Source: Candidatus Saccharimonadota bacterium
GTDB lineage: Bacteria; Patescibacteriota; Saccharimonadia; Saccharimonadales; Saccharimonadaceae
Direction of reading: 5' to 3'
Length of the DNA: 64,000 nt
Assembly: GCA_017406745.1 (NCBI GenBank)
Contig: JAFQXY010000012.1
Coordinates: 4,349 to 68,348 of the forward strand
Made by a program: the position numbers and the translations under genes. Positions within the stretch are counted from its first letter, which is position 1. Every line of letters starts with the position of its first letter. Below are positions 59,508 to 64,000 of the stretch, one piece after another. Below the pieces are notes generated by a model. That model was not told the origin of the DNA. It saw nothing but the letters and a program-made list of their open reading frames with translations, and did not search any database.

Positions 59508-60914
59508 TTAATTTCCTCCTGTATCGCTATTGCACATTGTATCTCCGTCTTCACAATCTGCCGCTCTCTGCTCAAACATATCTTGTATCTGGCGATAAGA
59601 ATCCGTCACATTGCGCTTGCCAGATGGGCCAATTGCCAACATATGCGTATTTTTAAAACTAAATACCTCAGAATTAAGTGTAATTACCGCTGAAAACCTC
59701 AATACTAATCTACCAGAACCATCTCGCCCATTAGACGAATCTGTAATTTGTATACCGCCAGACCCATCTTCTTCTACTTCTACCAATTTACAACTATCAT
59801 TTTTACTATCCCAAGTGATTGTCCCATCATCATCCTTTGTGCCAGAATAAGTATAACATTCGCTCTTAAAGTGTTCTATATTAGAAATGTTGCCATCCAA
59901 ATCCATGTATTTAGCCTTATACCATGTATCATATTGTGGTGTACGCCAAATCCTTACCACGGTTTGCCCATTGTATTTCTCTGGTGTATAGCCTAACCCT
60001 ATTACTTCCAAAGCCTCCTTGTCTTGGTTATTTTCGGTTTTTTCTTCGGTCGCTTCGCCCTCTGCATTGTTTGCCTCATCTTCTGCATCGGCTATTTCTT
60101 CTTCTACGCCTTCTTCTAATTCTTCCTCCAGTTCAGCATCCTCCTCTGGTTCTGACGGATTACACCCTTCACCATTTATCAACCATAATGCATAGTAATC
60201 ACCATTTTCCTTAAACATCGCTCCGTCATCCCCAGATTCTATGATGCAATAAGCTGGAATATCTTCACCGTATCTATCTACATAGGTACCATAATCATAG
60301 CGCATATATGGCATACTCTTCTTAAATGCATCTAACACATTGTAGTTAATGTATGGTTCAGACTCTGCATGGGCTTGCGCATCAAACGAAAATGTAGGGT
60401 TATCACCAGATAAATTGATAGAAAGCTCACTAACATCTATCCCATCCGCACCAGTAGGTAACAACGCCGCCAGCACACCAAACGATCTAGACAATAATTG
60501 TTTACGCTCAGAAATCAAAGATAAATTTCCTAGTTGATCTTTTATTGTAATAAAGTTAGATAAATCGCTATAAGAGGTTACTTTATCACTTAATGTATCC
60601 AAAGTGCTTTTCTTGCCATCCACCGCCGCCTGTTGAGCCCCAGCAATAGAGCCAAATACTGCAGTCACCGCCACACTAGCAATAGACACCACAATACACA
60701 CAAAAAAGATAAAGTTTCTTAGCTTTAGCGCCTTAATCATATCATTTTTAACATCTGGCACTAGATTTATCTCTTGGCTCATCACGCTACTGCGAGTAAA
60801 ACTAAACTTCTCTTTTAGATCGCTCAGATCAAACTTAAAATTAAAGTTCAAACCTTTCTTAGCACCATTGTCTTTGGCATTATTTGTGGTGTTTTTTGCA
60901 TTGTCGCCGCCCAT
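59508..60914 (-). CDS. PilN-like alignment protein (extended)
   Basis: INLVP motif plus TM; follows pilM; acidic insert. Confidence 0.75.
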   Translation of the reverse strand: MGGDNAKNTTNNAKDNGAKKGLNFNFKFDLSDLKEKFSFTRSSVMSQEINLVPDVKNDMIKALKLRNFIFFVCIVVSIASVAVTAVFGSIAGAQQAAVDGKKSTLDTLSDKVTSYSDLSNFITIKDQLGNLSLISERKQLLSRSFGVLAALLPTGADGIDVSELSINLSGDNPTFSFDAQAHAESEPYINYNVLDAFKKSMPYMRYDYGTYVDRYGEDIPAYCIIESGDDGAMFKENGDYYALWLINGEGCNPSEPEEDAELEEELEEGVEEEIADAEDEANNAEGEATEEKTENNQDKEALEVIGLGYTPEKYNGQTVVRIWRTPQYDTWYKAKYMDLDGNISNIEHFKSECYTYSGTKDDDGTITWDSKNDSCKLVEVEEDGSGGIQITDSSNGRDGSGRLVLRFSAVITLNSEVFSFKNTHMLAIGPSGKRNVTDSYRQIQDMFEQRAADCEDGDTMCNSDTGGN

Positions 60915-61960
60915 TAGTCATTACTCCTTTCAGATAATCCAATCGCCACCGCAAATTCACACGCTACCGGCGCCAAAGCCTGCTGTTGTTCTGGCGTAGT
61001 CCGCACAGACTGCCAAGGATTGCCTTTCATTGTCGGAATACCAGTACGCGCTTCAATATATTCCGCAAAAAGCGGAATAGCGCTCGCATAACCAGATAAA
61101 ACTATCCCACCTACCTTACCGTTCAAGTATTTAGTCTGGAAAAATCTCACCGATTTTGTCAACTCTTGCGCATAAGTATCTAGCAACCTAGATAAAATCT
61201 TAAACACCTGCCCCTCTACCTTATCCTCAGCAAGACCAAATTTCAAAATAAACTGCCGTGACTGGTCCTCGCGTACACCCAAGCCACTGGCCACACCACT
61301 CGCTAGTGTCGCAAAACCACCCGCCACAGACCTCACCAACCTTGGCTGATTTTTATACACTATCACTAAATCGGTAGATTTCTCACCAAAATCCACTATC
61401 AATGTAGCGTCCATCGCCCCGGGTACCGCCAATGCTCTTGCCATTGCCAAGGGCTCTGGCTCCATCGCAATAATGTTTAATCCGGTTTTTTCAATTAATT
61501 CCATCGCGGATTCGGCATATTCTTTTGCCACAGAAGACACCAATACTTCTGTTAGGGCAGGGTTGTTTGGGCTTGTCCCTAGTAGCACATAGTCCGCCTT
61601 GGCATCACTCATTGCCATCGGTACGTATTTATCTATCTCGTATTTAAAGGTCTTTATTAACTCTTTTTCTGGCAAAGTTTCCGTTTCCACCACAGAAGTA
61701 AAAGTCTTGTTTGCCGGCAAACCCACTGCCGCGTTTTTTGTACGAATTCCGGCTTGATTAACGGCCCCCATTATGGCCTCACCCAAACGTTTTTTGCCTA
61801 AATCTGAAGTATCCATCGTTAACTTCTGCTCAATTGGCACATATGCATAATGCCCCAAAGTCCACCCTTGATTAGCATTACCAAAAAGCTGAATAATCCG
61901 CATCGAATTCGTACCAATATCCAGTGAGAAGAAATCGCCCACGCCATGTAATAAATTCAT
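60914..61960 (-). CDS. pilM: T4P assembly protein PilM
   Basis: LDIG, D.G...T, L.G..S, NP, AIGL actin-like motifs. Confidence 0.9.
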   Translation of the reverse strand: MNLLHGVGDFFSLDIGTNSMRIIQLFGNANQGWTLGHYAYVPIEQKLTMDTSDLGKKRLGEAIMGAVNQAGIRTKNAAVGLPANKTFTSVVETETLPEKELIKTFKYEIDKYVPMAMSDAKADYVLLGTSPNNPALTEVLVSSVAKEYAESAMELIEKTGLNIIAMEPEPLAMARALAVPGAMDATLIVDFGEKSTDLVIVYKNQPRLVRSVAGGFATLASGVASGLGVREDQSRQFILKFGLAEDKVEGQVFKILSRLLDTYAQELTKSVRFFQTKYLNGKVGGIVLSGYASAIPLFAEYIEARTGIPTMKGNPWQSVRTTPEQQQALAPVACEFAVAIGLSERSND

Positions 61961-62020
61961 ATTCCCATTATAAGCGTAATCATTAAAAAAATCAAGCAAT
62001 TTTCTTCAAAAAAAATCGCC

Positions 62021-62611
62021 CTATCCAGCAATTTTTAGATAATAAAATCTTTCACGGTTGCCATGTTTACCACTCAAATCATTATCACGTTTTTTCACAA
62101 TCAAAAAACCATTATTTTTTAGCCACTGCTCAAAATCTTTTATAATATCTCTCCGAACTCGCTCGTTTTTTACTACCCCTTTATTTAATTGGTTCGGCAA
62201 AGCCTCAAACTGAGGCTTCAACATCACCAAGAAATCCGTATCCCTACGCGATAATTCCATTTTAGCATATTTTAAGATTTTTGTCAAGCTAAGGAACGAT
62301 ACATCCGCTACTATCACATCGGGAGCCTCTATCAAAACTCGCGCATTGCCCCTTATACTCACATCAAAAATATCCATTTTTTCATAAAGTACCACCCGTG
62401 AATCAGACCGCAGAGGCTCACGCATCTGTCTTGACCCTTTTTCTACTGCCATCACTTTGTTTGCCCCCATCTCTAAAGCCACAGCAGTAAAACCCCCTGT
62501 AGAAGACCCAATATCTAATACCACCTTTCCACAAAAATCATAACCAAAAGCTCGGGCAGCATCTCTTAATTTCACCACACCTCTAGAAGCAAATCCCTCG
62601 CCCCAAGCCAT
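62021..62611 (-). CDS. TlyA-like RNA methyltransferase lacking the S4 domain (start uncertain, alternative 62728)
   Basis: SRG..KL, LDIGSSTGGFT, DVSF.SL, KPQFE, G..GN.E. Confidence 0.85.
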   Translation of the reverse strand: MAWGEGFASRGVVKLRDAARAFGYDFCGKVVLDIGSSTGGFTAVALEMGANKVMAVEKGSRQMREPLRSDSRVVLYEKMDIFDVSIRGNARVLIEAPDVIVADVSFLSLTKILKYAKMELSRRDTDFLVMLKPQFEALPNQLNKGVVKNERVRRDIIKDFEQWLKNNGFLIVKKRDNDLSGKHGNRERFYYLKIAG

Positions 62612-62702
62612 ATCATTTTCCCAGCTCAAGCCGCCACTCTTCTTTAAAGCTTGCGAATTCGCCAACGGCAAAGCTGATGCCTTTCGCTTAAATACCTTTT
62701 GT

Positions 62703-63263
62703 TTATTTCCGCCTCTCGCGATATTCATAAGTCTCCGTATCCACAGACACCGTATCCCCCTCCTTGATAAACGCTGGCACTTTTATCACCACGCCCGTCT
62801 CTAGGGTAGCATCTTTCATCACCGAAGTAGACGTGTCGCCTTTTACAGCATTTTCAGTGTATGTAACCACCAACCACAAGTTCTTTGGTAACTGCAAATT
62901 AATTGGTGTGCCATTATAAAACTGGATTTCCATTTCATCGCCCTCTTTCATGAAATTCTGCGAATCCCCCACCATATCTGCCGATAGCTCATATTGCTCA
63001 AAAGATTCTGGATCCATAAAATAAAACTTCTCGTCATCACGATACAAATACTGCACCTTGCGCGTAGTTACCTCGGCTGGCTCAATTTTTTCCTGCCCCT
63101 TAAAAGTTTTAGGTAAAAGTGCCCCCGTAATCAAGTTTTTTACTTTCACATTTACGATTGAACCGCCCCGCCCCATCACTTTCTGAGAATATTCTACTAC
63201 TTTATAAGGCTGACCGTCCAAAGTTATCAATGTGTTCTTTTTTAAATCAGTTGGACCGTACAT
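62703..63263 (-). CDS. efp: elongation factor P
   Basis: MGRG tip, QYLY, FMD...EQ, GDT...K.A.LETG....VP.F. Confidence 0.95.
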   Translation of the reverse strand: MYGPTDLKKNTLITLDGQPYKVVEYSQKVMGRGGSIVNVKVKNLITGALLPKTFKGQEKIEPAEVTTRKVQYLYRDDEKFYFMDPESFEQYELSADMVGDSQNFMKEGDEMEIQFYNGTPINLQLPKNLWLVVTYTENAVKGDTSTSVMKDATLETGVVIKVPAFIKEGDTVSVDTETYEYRERRK

Positions 63264-63327
63264 TTCAAAAGACTCCTTTTATTTTATAATAATAAGCTGG
63301 TGGGTGATTCTAGCCCCCACCAGTATT

Positions 63328-63525
63328 TTAGCTATTCGCCACAAATGGCAACAGTGCCAAATATCGTGCTCTTTTTACCGCTACCGCCAACTGCCTTTGT
63401 TGCTTAGCAGACAAACCAGTTTTTGAAATTGGTTCAATCCGCCCATAAACATCTATATAGCGTTGTAAAGTTTTTACATCACGATAGTCAAAATACAAAT
63501 TTGGATCATTCTTTATTTTTCTCAT
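63328..63525 (-). CDS. rpsR: 30S ribosomal protein S18
   Basis: DY.D...L..Y....G.I....TG..AKQQR.L..A.KRAR.LAL.PF. Confidence 0.95.
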   Translation of the reverse strand: MRKIKNDPNLYFDYRDVKTLQRYIDVYGRIEPISKTGLSAKQQRQLAVAVKRARYLALLPFVANS

Positions 63526-63555
63526 CTTAAGTATCCTTTCCTAATTTATAATTTA

Positions 63556-63999
63556 TTAAAATGGCACCTCTGATAAGTCAATATCGCCCTCTGGTATCTC
63601 GTCTGGTACTTCTGGTGCATCAGCTCCAGTACCACCACTTGCCCCACCATAAGACGAACCTCCAGACGCCCCACCATCACGTCCACCTCCTCCGCCAACA
63701 AAGTTAAAATCTTCTACTACAATTTCCACGCGAGAACGCTTTACGCCATCTTTGCCCTCAAAACTACGTTGAGACAAACGCCCAGATACCAGCACGCCAG
63801 TGCCACGTTTAGCATATTGTGCGATCGTTTCGCCCAATCTACCCCACGCTGTACAATCCAAAAACGATACTTCTTCCTTCTGGTCGCCATTACTGTCCTT
63901 ATATACTCTATTTACGGCCACCGAAAACGAACAAACCGTCGCTCCACTTGGGGTATTTCGTAGTTCTGGATCACGTGTTAAATTACCAGTAATAATTGC
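63556..63999 (-). CDS. ssb: single-stranded DNA-binding protein (5' end outside the window)
   Basis: GNLTRDPELR.T.SG in frame at the window edge; acidic tail ending VPF. Confidence 0.95.
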   Translation of the reverse strand, partial: AIITGNLTRDPELRNTPSGATVCSFSVAVNRVYKDSNGDQKEEVSFLDCTAWGRLGETIAQYAKRGTGVLVSGRLSQRSFEGKDGVKRSRVEIVVEDFNFVGGGGGRDGGASGGSSYGGASGGTGADAPEVPDEIPEGDIDLSEVPF

Positions 64000-64000
64000 T

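Noticed and set aside
1-64000. Stop-codon reassignment (code 25) as in some CPR lineages
   Set aside because: Genes are full length under code 11 and TGA serves as a normal stop in several genes

Overview
Gene-dense chromosomal segment of a small-genome bacterium, most consistent with Saccharibacteria (TM7, Patescibacteria/CPR). This placement is inferred from the alpha2-type GlyRS, tRNA-Ile(UAU), the split type IV pilus cluster with a G|DTLIE pilin, the sensor-less two-component pair and the standard genetic code. The window holds housekeeping genes (prfB, murD, secA, serS, hisS, glyQS, tyrS, aspS, recO, xseAB, rarA, efp, rpsR, ssb), a Zn/Mn ABC importer, ackA, a Xer recombinase, 7 tRNAs and a complete T4P system. 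No rRNA, CRISPR array or transposase was seen. Features not explained by the gene list: (1) about 25 genes have an extended -10 box 6-8 nt before the start codon, indicating pervasive leaderless transcription, alongside a non-canonical initiator tRNA; (2) a GC-rich multi-hairpin structure embedded in a lamin-tail-domain gene; (3) two candidate structured RNAs (4486-4600 and 13825-13998); (4) a CxxC membrane protein coupled to DsbA, a possible DsbB/VKOR substitute; (5) a Vsr-like nuclease islet bracketed by a duplicated tRNA-Phe 3' end plus terminator; (6) tRNA 3'-end duplications after tRNA-Lys and tRNA-Ile; (7) a 157-bp palindromic MITE-like element forming the ends of two convergent genes. 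Protein calls come from motif recognition only; no database searches were run.
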